Assembly: GCA_014803505.1 (NCBI GenBank)
Contig: JAAVBM010000021.1
Location: 2,078 to 66,077 of the forward strand
Direction of reading: 5' to 3'
DNA from: a bacterium
GTDB taxonomy: Bacteria > Cyanobacteriota > Vampirovibrionia > Gastranaerophilales > Gastranaerophilaceae
Length of the DNA: 64,000 nucleotides
The position numbers and the translations under genes were made by a program. Below, in pieces: positions 44,897 to 54,542 of the stretch; the stretch's first letter is position 1; every line of letters begins with the position of its first letter. A model generated the notes under the pieces. It was not told where the DNA came from. It saw nothing but the letters and a program-made list of their open reading frames with translations, and ran no database searches.

Positions 44897-45553
44897 TTAT
44901 AATGTCACCACGTTTAACTTGTGCAGATAATTGTTTTATAACTTCATTATCCATTCTAATACAGCCGAGGGAAGCATATTTTCCAATGCTTTCGGGTTAC
45001 TGGTTCCGTGTATAAATTCGCCGGTTAATCCTTTTTCACCTGTTTTTGGGTTTAAAGTCTCCAGAACAATTATTTTTGGACCGTAGGCTTTTGGATTTTT
45101 TCTGCGTTTTGATAGTGGAGGTGCTCCTTTGTATGGATAGGTTTCAATGTGAGATACTACGCGAACCCCTGTATGAGTTGGAGTACTCTTTTTACCGCTG
45201 GCAACTAAAAATGCTTTTTCGGGTTTGCCGTCAGAATTGTATTTGTATAATACATTTTTTGACAAGTCAACAACTATTGTTGCAACTTTTGTTTTCCCTT
45301 GAATTTCTACTTTAGGACTCGGTGCATGTACTAAAATTTTTGGATCTGTTGTTCCTTGAGCTGGCGGAAGAGGGACGGTTTTTGCTGAATTGGAAAATAT
45401 TCCGCCGGATGTTTTTGGATCGACAGCATAAGTTTTAAAATTTAACAGCGGTTCTGTTATTTTTTTGTTCTGGAGTATATTTAAACCATATGTTGAGTTG
45501 TAATTTGTATAACCTGAATTAAATAATAAATCAGAATTGCTGATTCTTACCAT
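44883..45553 (-). pseudogene. L,D-transpeptidase (YkuD domain) interrupted by a 1-nt frameshift, or an assembly error
   Basis: The listed frame ends ...EFIHGTSNPKALENMLPSAVLEWIMKL. Shifting one base at the C-run (plus-strand ggg 44994-44996) gives ...HGTSNPESIGKYASLGCIRMDNEVIKQLSAQVKRGDIIIIKK*, which is the canonical HG..SxGCIRM active site. That frame stops at 44883. Confidence 0.65.
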
Positions 45554-45702
45554 AAAACGTTTTATCCCCTGTGTAATTAGAAGTATCCCTTACTTATATA
45601 TAAAAACATTCTTGTTGTAAAAATTGCCTTTGTTCTAAAAATTACCTAAATGTCCTATAAATAAAGGATAAATGTAATTTATGTTTTAGTTATCATAAAA
45701 AT

Positions 45703-46026
45703 ATGGATAATTATGTGCATACTGAAGAAGATAAAGAGTTAAAAGCCGTTGGGTTAGAATTGATGTTTCTAACTCCTGAGAAATGCTCTTCTAGTGACGG
45801 GATTACGGCTGTTGAATTGGCAAAACTTGTGAATCTTCCTGTGGATATAGTTAAGAAAAAATTGAATATTTTGAAAGATAAAGATATTGTCAGAGTTAAG
45901 GGTATAAACCCTAAGTATTGGAAATTTAACGAATATAATTTTCAACGTATGGATGAAGATGATGAAATATTTTTACTTTTATGTAGTTTTGATGATGTCG
46001 ATTTTGACAAGTATTTTTCTTATTAA
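45703..46026 (+). CDS. Hypothetical protein, possible winged-helix DNA-binding fold
   Basis: ITAVELAKLVNLPVDIVKKKLNILKDKDIVRVKG resembles a wHTH recognition segment. Weak. Confidence 0.35.
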   Translation: MDNYVHTEEDKELKAVGLELMFLTPEKCSSSDGITAVELAKLVNLPVDIVKKKLNILKDKDIVRVKGINPKYWKFNEYNFQRMDEDDEIFLLLCSFDDVDFDKYFSY

Positions 46027-46095
46027 ATACAAGAAAAGTAGTATGTAATTTATAATTTAATATGTTATTATAATAATAGTAGGAATAGAGCGAAA

Positions 46096-47427
46096 ATGAC
46101 CAACAGTACAAATCAATACATTAAACCTATTACAACAAAAATAAATGCGTCTGGTAATATTGAAATTGGCGGATGTGATCTTGTTGATTTGGTTGAAAAG
46201 TTTTCTACACCATTGTATGTTATTGATGAAGCTACTCTTTGCGGTATATGTAATGATTATAAAAAGGCTTTTGAAAAATATCCAAAAGTTCGTATGATGT
46301 ATGCTTCTAAAGCTCTTTGCACAAGTGCAGTTGCAAAATTGCTTTCTGATGAAGGTTTTGGTTTTGATACTGTTTCAGGCGGAGAAATTTACACTGTTTA
46401 TAAAGCCGGTGTTGATATGAGCAAAGTTTTGTTCAATGGTAACAACAAATCTTTTGATGAATTGTCTTTGGCAGTAGAATTAGGTGTTGGTAGATTCTCT
46501 ACTGATAACTTTTTTGAGTTGGCTCTTTTGAATGAAATTGCTCAGAGTAAGGGTAAAGTTGTTGATATTTTATTAAGAATAACTCCGGGTATTGAATGTC
46601 ATACTCATGAATATATTCAAACAGGGCATTTGGATTCTAAATTCGGGTTTGATTTGACTCAGATTGATGAAGCTGTTGAACTAATTCTTGGTGAATACAA
46701 AAATTTAAAACTTTACGGATTGCATGCGCATATTGGTTCGCAAATTTTTGAAACCTCGATTTATGCTGATGAGATTGAAATTTTAGTTAAAGAAATTGTC
46801 AGATTGAATGAAAAATATTCATTGAATCTTGATGAAATCAATATTGGCGGTGGGCTTGGAGTTAAGTATGTAGATTCTGATGTTCCGCCTTCAACTTTTG
46901 AAATCGGCGATATTATTATAAATAAATTGAATGAAGTTATTGAAAAATATAATATTGAACCTCCGACTGTGTTTTTGGAGCCGGGTAGAAGTATTATTTC
47001 AACTGCCGGAGTAACTCTTTATACTGTAGGAAGTTCAAAACAGGTTCCGCATGGCAGAAAATATGTTGCAGTAGATGGCGGTATGGCTGATAATCCTCGC
47101 CCTGCAATGTATCAGGCTGAATATTTGGCGGAAGTTGTTAATAAAAAAGAATCTGAAAAAACTGAAAAAGTCACCATCGCAGGAAGATTTTGTGAATCAG
47201 GTGATATTTTGATTAAAGAAATCGAACTTCCGGAATTGGATGAAGGCGATATTCTTTGTGTTTATAATACAGGAGCTTATAACTATTCTATGGCTTCAAA
47301 TTATAATAGAGTTCAAAAACCTGCAATGGTTATGGTGAATAACTCTTCAGCTGATTTAATTGTTGAGAGAGAAACTTTAGATGATTTGATTTCGCACGAT
47401 ATAATTCCGGATAGGTTAAGATTATGA
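46096..47427 (+). CDS. lysA: Diaminopimelate decarboxylase
   Basis: 443 aa. YASKALCT (PLP Lys), HAHIGSQI, INIGGGLGVKY, EPGRSII and CESGD motifs. Confidence 0.95.
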   Translation: MTNSTNQYIKPITTKINASGNIEIGGCDLVDLVEKFSTPLYVIDEATLCGICNDYKKAFEKYPKVRMMYASKALCTSAVAKLLSDEGFGFDTVSGGEIYTVYKAGVDMSKVLFNGNNKSFDELSLAVELGVGRFSTDNFFELALLNEIAQSKGKVVDILLRITPGIECHTHEYIQTGHLDSKFGFDLTQIDEAVELILGEYKNLKLYGLHAHIGSQIFETSIYADEIEILVKEIVRLNEKYSLNLDEINIGGGLGVKYVDSDVPPSTFEIGDIIINKLNEVIEKYNIEPPTVFLEPGRSIISTAGVTLYTVGSSKQVPHGRKYVAVDGGMADNPRPAMYQAEYLAEVVNKKESEKTEKVTIAGRFCESGDILIKEIELPELDEGDILCVYNTGAYNYSMASNYNRVQKPAMVMVNNSSADLIVERETLDDLISHDIIPDRLRL

Positions 47428-48329
47428 TTGATGAATTTTTAATGTTATTTCACAATATTATAGGTAATTGGCATTTATACATAAAAGATACTTTTGGTTG
47501 GAAAAATATCTTTGAAGTACTTATTATTGTTACTGTGTTAACTATTTTTTATCAGAAATTTATTAAAAATACTCATTCGGAAAAATTTGTCAAAGGTGCG
47601 ATTGTTCTTGTATTTATTTGGATTTTGAGTGAACTTTTAGTTGCTTTAGATTTATCAATTTTAGGTGGTTTTATTCGTGCAATTGTTATATTTATTGCTT
47701 TGAGTTTAATTGTTATTTTCCAACCTGAATTGAGAAGATTCTTGGGCTATTTGGGACAAATTGATTTCTTTAAACGATTTTTTGGTAATGATAAAAATAA
47801 AAATGAAAACAAATCTGTTGATGTGATAAAAGAAATTGTTGAAGCTGTTAAATATCTTTCTAAATCACATACTGGTGCTTTGATTGTGTTCCAAAATGAT
47901 TTAAGTAATACTTATCATGATGTTGGAACTATATTAAATGCAGATGTTTCTACAGAATTAATTTTAACAATTTTCCACGAAAATACTCCGTTGCATGATG
48001 GAGCTGTAGTTATCAGTGGTACGAAAATTATTTCTGCCGGAGTATTGCTCCCGTTGACAGATGATCCTAAGTTAAGTTGGAAATATGGTACTCGCCATAG
48101 AGCTGCAATCGGAATGACTGAATCCAGTAATGCTGCTTGTCTTGTTGTTTCTGAAGAAACCGGTGACGTATCAATTACTCTTGACGGTTCTTTGAAAAAA
48201 TATGATGATATTCCGACTCTTAAAGCTGATTTGGAAAATATTCTAGGTTATAGAAAAGTCGATGAAGAAGAAAAGAAAACTTTGTTTAATCTTGAAAAAT
48301 TTATTACATTGAAGAAAAATGGTAAATAA
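47424..48329 (+). CDS. cdaA: Diadenylate cyclase CdaA (DisA_N domain, membrane-anchored)
   Basis: Three N-terminal TM helices. HTGALIVF, PLHDGAVVI, GTRHRAAIGMTE and LVVSEETGDVSI. ATGA overlap with the lysA stop. Confidence 0.9.
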   Translation: MIDEFLMLFHNIIGNWHLYIKDTFGWKNIFEVLIIVTVLTIFYQKFIKNTHSEKFVKGAIVLVFIWILSELLVALDLSILGGFIRAIVIFIALSLIVIFQPELRRFLGYLGQIDFFKRFFGNDKNKNENKSVDVIKEIVEAVKYLSKSHTGALIVFQNDLSNTYHDVGTILNADVSTELILTIFHENTPLHDGAVVISGTKIISAGVLLPLTDDPKLSWKYGTRHRAAIGMTESSNAACLVVSEETGDVSITLDGSLKKYDDIPTLKADLENILGYRKVDEEEKKTLFNLEKFITLKKNGK

Positions 48330-49206
48330 TATGACAAATGCTCCTGAAGTTTCAAAAAAAAGTTTATTTTTAAAATGGGTTAGAAATTTATTATTTCTAA
48401 CTTTTGGTGCTATTGTAACAGCGTTTGCTTTGGAAGCTTTTTTGGTTCCAAATAATATTATTGATGGTGGTATAATCGGTATTTCAATGATTATTAGCCA
48501 TGTTTCAAAATGGAATTTAGGTATTCTGGTTTTGGTTTTAAATATGCCGTTTATACTTTTAGCGTTAAAAAAGATGGGAAAAAAATTTGTTTTTCAAACA
48601 GCTTATGCCAACGTAATTTTAGCTTTATCTATTAATTTTTTCCATCATTATAAAGTTACCGGAGATGTCCTTTTAGCAACCGTTTTTGGTGGTATAATTC
48701 TCGGTGTCGGTGTAGGTTTGATATTGAAGAATGAAGGTTCTCTTGATGGTACTGAAATTCTATCTTTACTTGTATCAAAAAAATTCGGATGTTCTGTCGG
48801 CGAATTTATTATGGGATTAAATTTATTTATATATCTTGTTGCAGGTAAAGTTTTTGGATGGGAAAGTGCGATGTATTCCATAATGACTTATTTTATAGCT
48901 TCTAAAGTTATAGATATTGTTATGGAAGGTATGAACAGTTCTAAATCTGTAAGAATTATCAGTGATGAGTCTTGTGCTATTGGGCAGGCTTTAATTGAAA
49001 AATTAGATATCAGTGTAACTTATTTACAAGGTATTGGTGGCTATACAGGACAAGACAAAGATTTGATTTATTGCGTAATTTCTCGTCTTGAGCTTCCTAA
49101 AATGCTTGATATTATCAAAGAAATTGATCCTAAGGCTTTTGTCTCTGTTGTAGATGTTCATGAAGTTTATGGTGGACGATTCAGAAAGAGAATTGATAAA
49201 ATTTAA
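48319..49206 (+). CDS. YitT-family membrane protein (with DUF2179 C-terminal domain)
   Basis: FALEAFLVPNNIIDGGIIGIS and a repeated TM module. C-terminus ...YCVISRLELPKMLDIIKEIDPKAFVSVVDVHEVYG. The alternative ATG at 48331 is also plausible. Confidence 0.8.
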   Translation: MVNNMTNAPEVSKKSLFLKWVRNLLFLTFGAIVTAFALEAFLVPNNIIDGGIIGISMIISHVSKWNLGILVLVLNMPFILLALKKMGKKFVFQTAYANVILALSINFFHHYKVTGDVLLATVFGGIILGVGVGLILKNEGSLDGTEILSLLVSKKFGCSVGEFIMGLNLFIYLVAGKVFGWESAMYSIMTYFIASKVIDIVMEGMNSSKSVRIISDESCAIGQALIEKLDISVTYLQGIGGYTGQDKDLIYCVISRLELPKMLDIIKEIDPKAFVSVVDVHEVYGGRFRKRIDKI

Positions 49207-49270
49207 CAATATAGACAATTTAAAAAAAATATAATATACTGGTTGAAAGAAGAGATAAAGGAAAAATAAA

Positions 49271-49618
49271 ATGGCAAAACACAGTGATACAGTTCCTATA
49301 GAGGTTACTATTCTGACTGCAGACCACGATATTAAAGGGGTTGTGCATGTTTCAAAATATACAAATACAAATAGGGAACTTACAGATCTTTTGAATGATA
49401 AAGAACGCAGATTTTTGGCTGTGACAAATGCTGAGATTTACCCTCGTGTTGGTAATCAATCTCCACGCAGATATAATTTTTTAGAAATTCATATGGATTA
49501 TGTTCTTATGGTTCATCCTACGACTCAAGCCGTATTTAAAGATTCCGGCAAGACTCAGGAAGATATTTCAAGATTTAGAGAACTAAGATTGAAATTAAAT
49601 CAAACAAAACCATTCTAA
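49271..49618 (+). CDS. Hypothetical protein (115 aa)
   Basis: AAGGAAA upstream. No family recognised. Confidence 0.45.
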   Translation: MAKHSDTVPIEVTILTADHDIKGVVHVSKYTNTNRELTDLLNDKERRFLAVTNAEIYPRVGNQSPRRYNFLEIHMDYVLMVHPTTQAVFKDSGKTQEDISRFRELRLKLNQTKPF

Positions 49619-49624
49619 CTAAAA

Positions 49625-49653
49625 AACCTTCAATATTCTTGAAGGTTTTTTTT
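49625..49653. terminator. Bidirectional Rho-independent terminator
   Basis: Stem aaccttcaa/ttgaaggtt between an A-run and a T-run. It sits between convergent genes. Confidence 0.6.
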
Positions 49654-49888
49654 ATTTAAAGTTAAATAGATCTGTGATTTGTGTATTAAGAGCTTTGCTC
49701 AGTCTTTTTAAAGTTGAAAGTGTTGTGTCGGTAATTCCTCTTTCAATTGCACTCATATAACTTGGTGATATATTTGCTCGAAAAGCAAGTTCTTCTTGTG
49801 TTATTTCGGCTTCTTTTCTTAGATATGTAATACGTTTTCCAAACTTTCGGCATAGTACTTTATCGTATTTATAAGTTTTTTTACCCAT
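49652..49888 (-). CDS. XRE-family HTH regulator (78 aa)
   Basis: ITYLRKEAEITQEELAFRANISPSYMSAIERG is an HTH_3 motif. Confidence 0.75.
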   Translation of the reverse strand: MGKKTYKYDKVLCRKFGKRITYLRKEAEITQEELAFRANISPSYMSAIERGITDTTLSTLKRLSKALNTQITDLFNFK

Positions 49889-50031
49889 ATATCAATTTTA
49901 GGCTATCTTATTATAAATTATAAACTATGGGATAGTTGTAAATGCCTTAAAAGTCAATAATAATCATGCATTGAAATTAAATAATTTCATGATAGCATGT
50001 GGTTGGAATTAAGATATTAAGGAGAAGATTC

Positions 50032-51273
50032 ATGACTGAGCTTAGCAGTATTGAACGTGTTTTTTCGATAACTAATCAAAATGGTATTAAGGAAGTATGT
50101 ATATTTGGGTGCGTATTCAAAATAAGTAAGAAATTTATTTTTAATCTTAAATATAAACATTTACCTATTGAACAGAATAAAATTGTGTTTGTGAATTTTA
50201 AAGGTGGTGGATATGGCTGTAATCCTAAATATATTGCTGAAGAGATTATAAGACAAAACCTTCCTTATAAAATGGTTTGGCTTGTTAAAGATGTTGAAAA
50301 TGCTAAGTTATCTATGGATATTCCTTCAAATATAAAACTCGTACCATTTCGATCTGCAGCAGCATTGAAGGAACTTGCAACTGCAAAGATTTGGATAGAT
50401 AATCAGAGAAAAATTTACCATGTAAGACGCGGATTGAATAAAAAAGAAGGTCAATATTATATTCAAACCTGGCATGGTAGTTTAGGGATTAAAAAAGTTG
50501 GTGCGGAAGCAAATACTCCGAATACTGAAGATAGCTGGTTACCATTTGCTATTGAAGATTCAAAAATGACAGATTATATTCTTTCAAATAGTACATTTGA
50601 CGATCAGGTTTTTGAAAAGAATTTTTGGGGTTATGGTAATATCATTAAATTAGGACATCCTCGTAATGATATTTTCTTTAAAGATAATACTCTTATTAAA
50701 GATAGGATTTATAAAAAATATAATTTAGATAAAGATACAAAAGTTTTATTATATGTACCGTCTTTCAGAGATGATTACAGATTGTATTGTTATAATCTTG
50801 AGTATAAAAATATATTGAAAGCTGTAGAAAAAAGATTTGGTGGAAATTGGGTACTGATGATTAGGCTTCATCCTAATTTGATTAAATATACCGAATGTTT
50901 AATTCCTCCAAAAGATAACATTATAAATGTTACAGAGTATCCTGATATTCAAGAAATTCTTGCAATTTCAGATATCGCAATTACAGATTATTCAAGTTGT
51001 ATATTTGATTTTATGCTGTCAGGTAAACCGGGATTTTTATTTGCAAATGATATTGAAGATTTTGATAAAGACAGAGGTTTTTATTATCCGCTTGAATCTA
51101 CTCCATTCCCGCTTGCAAAGTGTAATGATGAAATGGTTAATAATATTAAAAACTTCGATCTTGAATTATATCAAAAAAATGTCAAAGAATTTCTTCAAAG
51201 CAAAGGCTGTATGGAAGATGGACTTGCCTCTCAACGAGTTGTTAGTTTAATTCAAGAACTGGTTAACAAATAA
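50032..51273 (+). CDS. CDP-glycerol glycerophosphotransferase (TagB/TagF family)
   Basis: ATG at 50032 lies 7 nt after AAGGAG. QTWHGSLGIKK, LLYVPSFRD and ISDIAITDYSSCIFDFM are typical of the Glyphos_transf family. Confidence 0.75.
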   Translation: MTELSSIERVFSITNQNGIKEVCIFGCVFKISKKFIFNLKYKHLPIEQNKIVFVNFKGGGYGCNPKYIAEEIIRQNLPYKMVWLVKDVENAKLSMDIPSNIKLVPFRSAAALKELATAKIWIDNQRKIYHVRRGLNKKEGQYYIQTWHGSLGIKKVGAEANTPNTEDSWLPFAIEDSKMTDYILSNSTFDDQVFEKNFWGYGNIIKLGHPRNDIFFKDNTLIKDRIYKKYNLDKDTKVLLYVPSFRDDYRLYCYNLEYKNILKAVEKRFGGNWVLMIRLHPNLIKYTECLIPPKDNIINVTEYPDIQEILAISDIAITDYSSCIFDFMLSGKPGFLFANDIEDFDKDRGFYYPLESTPFPLAKCNDEMVNNIKNFDLELYQKNVKEFLQSKGCMEDGLASQRVVSLIQELVNK

Positions 51274-51274
51274 A

Positions 51275-51931
51275 TTATTTTATCGCAGGAAAGAAATAAC
51301 GAATTCCATCGTCTGATCTCCAGCGGATATAGCCTGTTTTAGGTGTTTTGTCCAAGTCCATAACACTTACTAATGCCCAGTTTCCACGAATAACATTTAA
51401 ATTGATTTTCTGTGGCATATTCATTGTTGAGATTGTTTTAGATAAGTCTTCCGGTGCAGCTTTCATATCTTTGCATTTTTCCGGTGAACTCTTTAATAAT
51501 CTCAATCCATATTTTTTACCGTAAGAGTTATAGAAATTTATCCAAGTCATAAATTTATATGGATCGTCTTTTTTTATCCACCCGGTTTCGCCTGTTGAAT
51601 TGTTATATATTATTTCAACCCAGTCTTCTGTTACATCAACAACATGAATCAATGCAAGTTCTTTTTTGGGTAGAAGTACAACGAAGAACTTTTCTGCTCC
51701 AATACAATCAGGGAAAAATTCATCAGCATTCCAACGTACACGATAAAGAATTTGTGAATTCTCATCAGGTTCTTTATATATTTTTACATCATTTCCAACC
51801 TGATAAAGACCAACTGTTCTTGTTGTTACAACATTGGGTCTTACCGGTATAATATCTTTAGAGTAAGCAGTTTGCCCTATTCCAAACAATAATATAGATA
51901 CAAATGCGAAAAATATTAATAATTTTTTCAT
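51275..51931 (-). CDS. Secreted protein with SH3b-like segments (tentative)
   Basis: Signal peptide. VKIYKEPDENSQILYRV...WVEIIY..GETGWIKKDD and RGNWALVSVMD...TGYIRWRSDDG resemble bacterial SH3 repeats. Confidence 0.4.
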   Translation of the reverse strand: MKKLLIFFAFVSILLFGIGQTAYSKDIIPVRPNVVTTRTVGLYQVGNDVKIYKEPDENSQILYRVRWNADEFFPDCIGAEKFFVVLLPKKELALIHVVDVTEDWVEIIYNNSTGETGWIKKDDPYKFMTWINFYNSYGKKYGLRLLKSSPEKCKDMKAAPEDLSKTISTMNMPQKINLNVIRGNWALVSVMDLDKTPKTGYIRWRSDDGIRYFFPAIK

Positions 51932-51935
51932 TGGT

Positions 51936-54416
51936 TTACTCCCTGAAAGTTATTTGAGCGTAAGTTTTTTGAAGTTTTTCTCTTACGGATGTCATTTGTT
52001 GATCAATAATTTCATCGGTTAGAGTTGCACTTTCGTCTTGCATTTTGATTCTGAAAGCAACACTTTTGAAACCTTCTTCAACATGTTCACCTTGGTAAAC
52101 GTCAAAGATTTCTGAACCTTTAAAGATATTTTGTTTTACAGAACCTTTTATAACCTTTTGAATATCATCAAATGTAACATCATCATTTATGATAAATGCA
52201 ATATCACGTTTTACTTCAGGGAACTGTGGAAGATGTTTAAATCTTGGTACAGTTTCTTTTACTGCCCCGATAAGTTCTGTTAAATCAACTTTGAATAAAA
52301 ATGCGTCTTGGTTTAGTTTCAACTTATCAATTAATGTCGGATGAACTTGACCAAAATAACCGATTGGTTGAGGTTTTTTGCCCAAAAGCATTATAACAGC
52401 AGTTCTGTATGGATGAAGAACTTTATGGGTTTGAGCAAGTTCGGTTTCTTCTATTGGAACAAGTTTGATTCTTCTTGTAACTTCCAAATCTTCAAACAGA
52501 TTTTCTATAATACCTTTTACGGAATAGAAGTCAGTTGTTGTTTTAACTTGCCATTTTGAATTTTGTACTTCGCCTGTTAAAACTCCGGCAAGAACACGTG
52601 TTTCTTTTACTCCGGTAGTTTTTTCATCAGCTTCAGCAACTTTTAGATAAGTTTTACCGATTTCGTAACCCCAGAAAGTCTTTTGACCGTTATCAAAATT
52701 ATATTTCATGCAGTTTAGAACACTTGCAGCTAAAGTTTGACGAAGCATTGAATATTCTTCACTTGCTGCATTTGCAACTTTTACCGCTTTTTCATCATCA
52801 TAAGAGATTTTGAATTTGTCTAACAATGATTTACCAATCAAGGAACTTGTTTGAATTTCGTTTAAACCTGCTGATAGCATAAGTTCGTGAACTCTTTTAA
52901 TTACTCTTTCTTCTAAAGTAATCACAGGAGTTTGTGATTTTGAAGGTAGAGTTGGAGCTATTTTGTCGTAACCATTGATTCTTGCGATTTCTTCGATTAA
53001 GTCAATTTCTCTTGTCACATCGTAAGCTCTGAAACTTGGAACTGCAAATTTTGCAGCTGCAGCGTTTCCGCCAAGTTTTTCAAAACCTAGATTTTCTAAA
53101 ATGTTATCACATCTTTCTGAAGAAATTTCGCAACCTAATATTCTTTTAACTTGCGGATAACGAAGAGTTATTTCTAATGGTTCAAGTTTATTTTCACCAT
53201 CTTCTACAACTCCGATAACTTCGGCATCTGCAAATTCTACAAGTAATTGCATTGCACGCATTAGAGCAGGTTTTACTGCTTCGATATCGATTCCGCGTTC
53301 AAATCTTGCACTTGCATCACTTCTGTAACCTGCGCTTCTTGAAGATTTTCTGTTTGCAACAGGTGTGAAATAAGCTGCTTCTAAAGCTATAGCAGTTGTA
53401 TTGTTATCGATTTCAGAATTTTCTCCACCGAATACACCGCCTAAACATACTCCTTCTTTTTCTGTTGCTATAAGTACTGAATCTGTTGTTAATGTTCTTT
53501 CAACTCCGTCAAGAGTTACTAATTTTTCGCCTTCTTCAGCTCTTCTCACGCAAAGATATCCGTTTAATTTGTTATAATCAAAAGCGTGTAATGGGCAGCC
53601 ATATTCAAGCATTACATAGTTTGTAATATCGACAACATTGTTAATCGCTCTTACTCCTGATGCGATAAGTCTTTTTTGCATCCAGTCAGGAGATGGCTTA
53701 ATTTTGATATTTTTTAGTAAACCTAAAGAATAATATGTACAAACATCTTTATCTTTAATTTCAACTTTAAATTTGTCAGTTGTTAAATCTTTAGTGCATT
53801 CGATAGGATTAAATTTCAATGGTGTATTAAATAAAGAACTTAATTCTCTGGCAACACCAATCACTGACATTTGGTCACCTCTGTTAGCTGTAGGCGCAAT
53901 ATCAATAACTGTATCTTTTTCAAAGCCTAAGACATCTTTAACATCTTCACCTAAACCTACGTTAGGGAAAATTCTGTTTAAAATAAGAATACCGTCTTCT
54001 TCTTGATATCCACGTTCTGAAACTCCAAGTTCATCAGCAGAGCAAAGCATACCTTGAGATTCAACTCCACGAATTACGGCAGGAGTAAGAGTAAACATTT
54101 CTCCTGTTTTTCTGTCTAAAACTTGTGAACCAACGCTTGCATAAGGTATAATTTGACCTTCTGCAATGTTTTGAGCACCGCAAACAACAGTTTTCAATCC
54201 TGATCCTGTATCTACTGTAACAAGATGTAATCTGTCTGAATTCGGGTGGTTATCTATTTTTTCAATTTTAACAGTTTTAATATTCGTAAACATTGGTTTA
54301 ACGTCTTCTACCGCTTCAACTTCAAGTCCGCTCATTGTAAGCTCATGAGCTATTTGTGACGGTTCAATGTTTGATATATCAACGAATTCGTTTAACCAGT
54401 TTAAAGATACTTGCAT
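51936..54416 (-). CDS. pheT: Phenylalanine--tRNA ligase beta subunit
   Basis: 826 aa. MQVSLNWLNEFV start, tRNA-binding domain, B3/4 and B5 domains, and a C-terminal FDX-ACB domain (...FDVYQGEHV..GFKSVAFRI). Confidence 0.97.
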   Translation of the reverse strand: MQVSLNWLNEFVDISNIEPSQIAHELTMSGLEVEAVEDVKPMFTNIKTVKIEKIDNHPNSDRLHLVTVDTGSGLKTVVCGAQNIAEGQIIPYASVGSQVLDRKTGEMFTLTPAVIRGVESQGMLCSADELGVSERGYQEEDGILILNRIFPNVGLGEDVKDVLGFEKDTVIDIAPTANRGDQMSVIGVARELSSLFNTPLKFNPIECTKDLTTDKFKVEIKDKDVCTYYSLGLLKNIKIKPSPDWMQKRLIASGVRAINNVVDITNYVMLEYGCPLHAFDYNKLNGYLCVRRAEEGEKLVTLDGVERTLTTDSVLIATEKEGVCLGGVFGGENSEIDNNTTAIALEAAYFTPVANRKSSRSAGYRSDASARFERGIDIEAVKPALMRAMQLLVEFADAEVIGVVEDGENKLEPLEITLRYPQVKRILGCEISSERCDNILENLGFEKLGGNAAAAKFAVPSFRAYDVTREIDLIEEIARINGYDKIAPTLPSKSQTPVITLEERVIKRVHELMLSAGLNEIQTSSLIGKSLLDKFKISYDDEKAVKVANAASEEYSMLRQTLAASVLNCMKYNFDNGQKTFWGYEIGKTYLKVAEADEKTTGVKETRVLAGVLTGEVQNSKWQVKTTTDFYSVKGIIENLFEDLEVTRRIKLVPIEETELAQTHKVLHPYRTAVIMLLGKKPQPIGYFGQVHPTLIDKLKLNQDAFLFKVDLTELIGAVKETVPRFKHLPQFPEVKRDIAFIINDDVTFDDIQKVIKGSVKQNIFKGSEIFDVYQGEHVEEGFKSVAFRIKMQDESATLTDEIIDQQMTSVREKLQKTYAQITFRE

Positions 54417-54542
54417 TTATTTTTCCTCTTAATCCTAATCTAAATCTATGCTTATATTTTATTACAAAAGACACAGGATGTAAAATATATCATTTATTTA
54501 GGTTTATTTTGTGAAAATTTCTGTTTATTATATAATCTTTGT

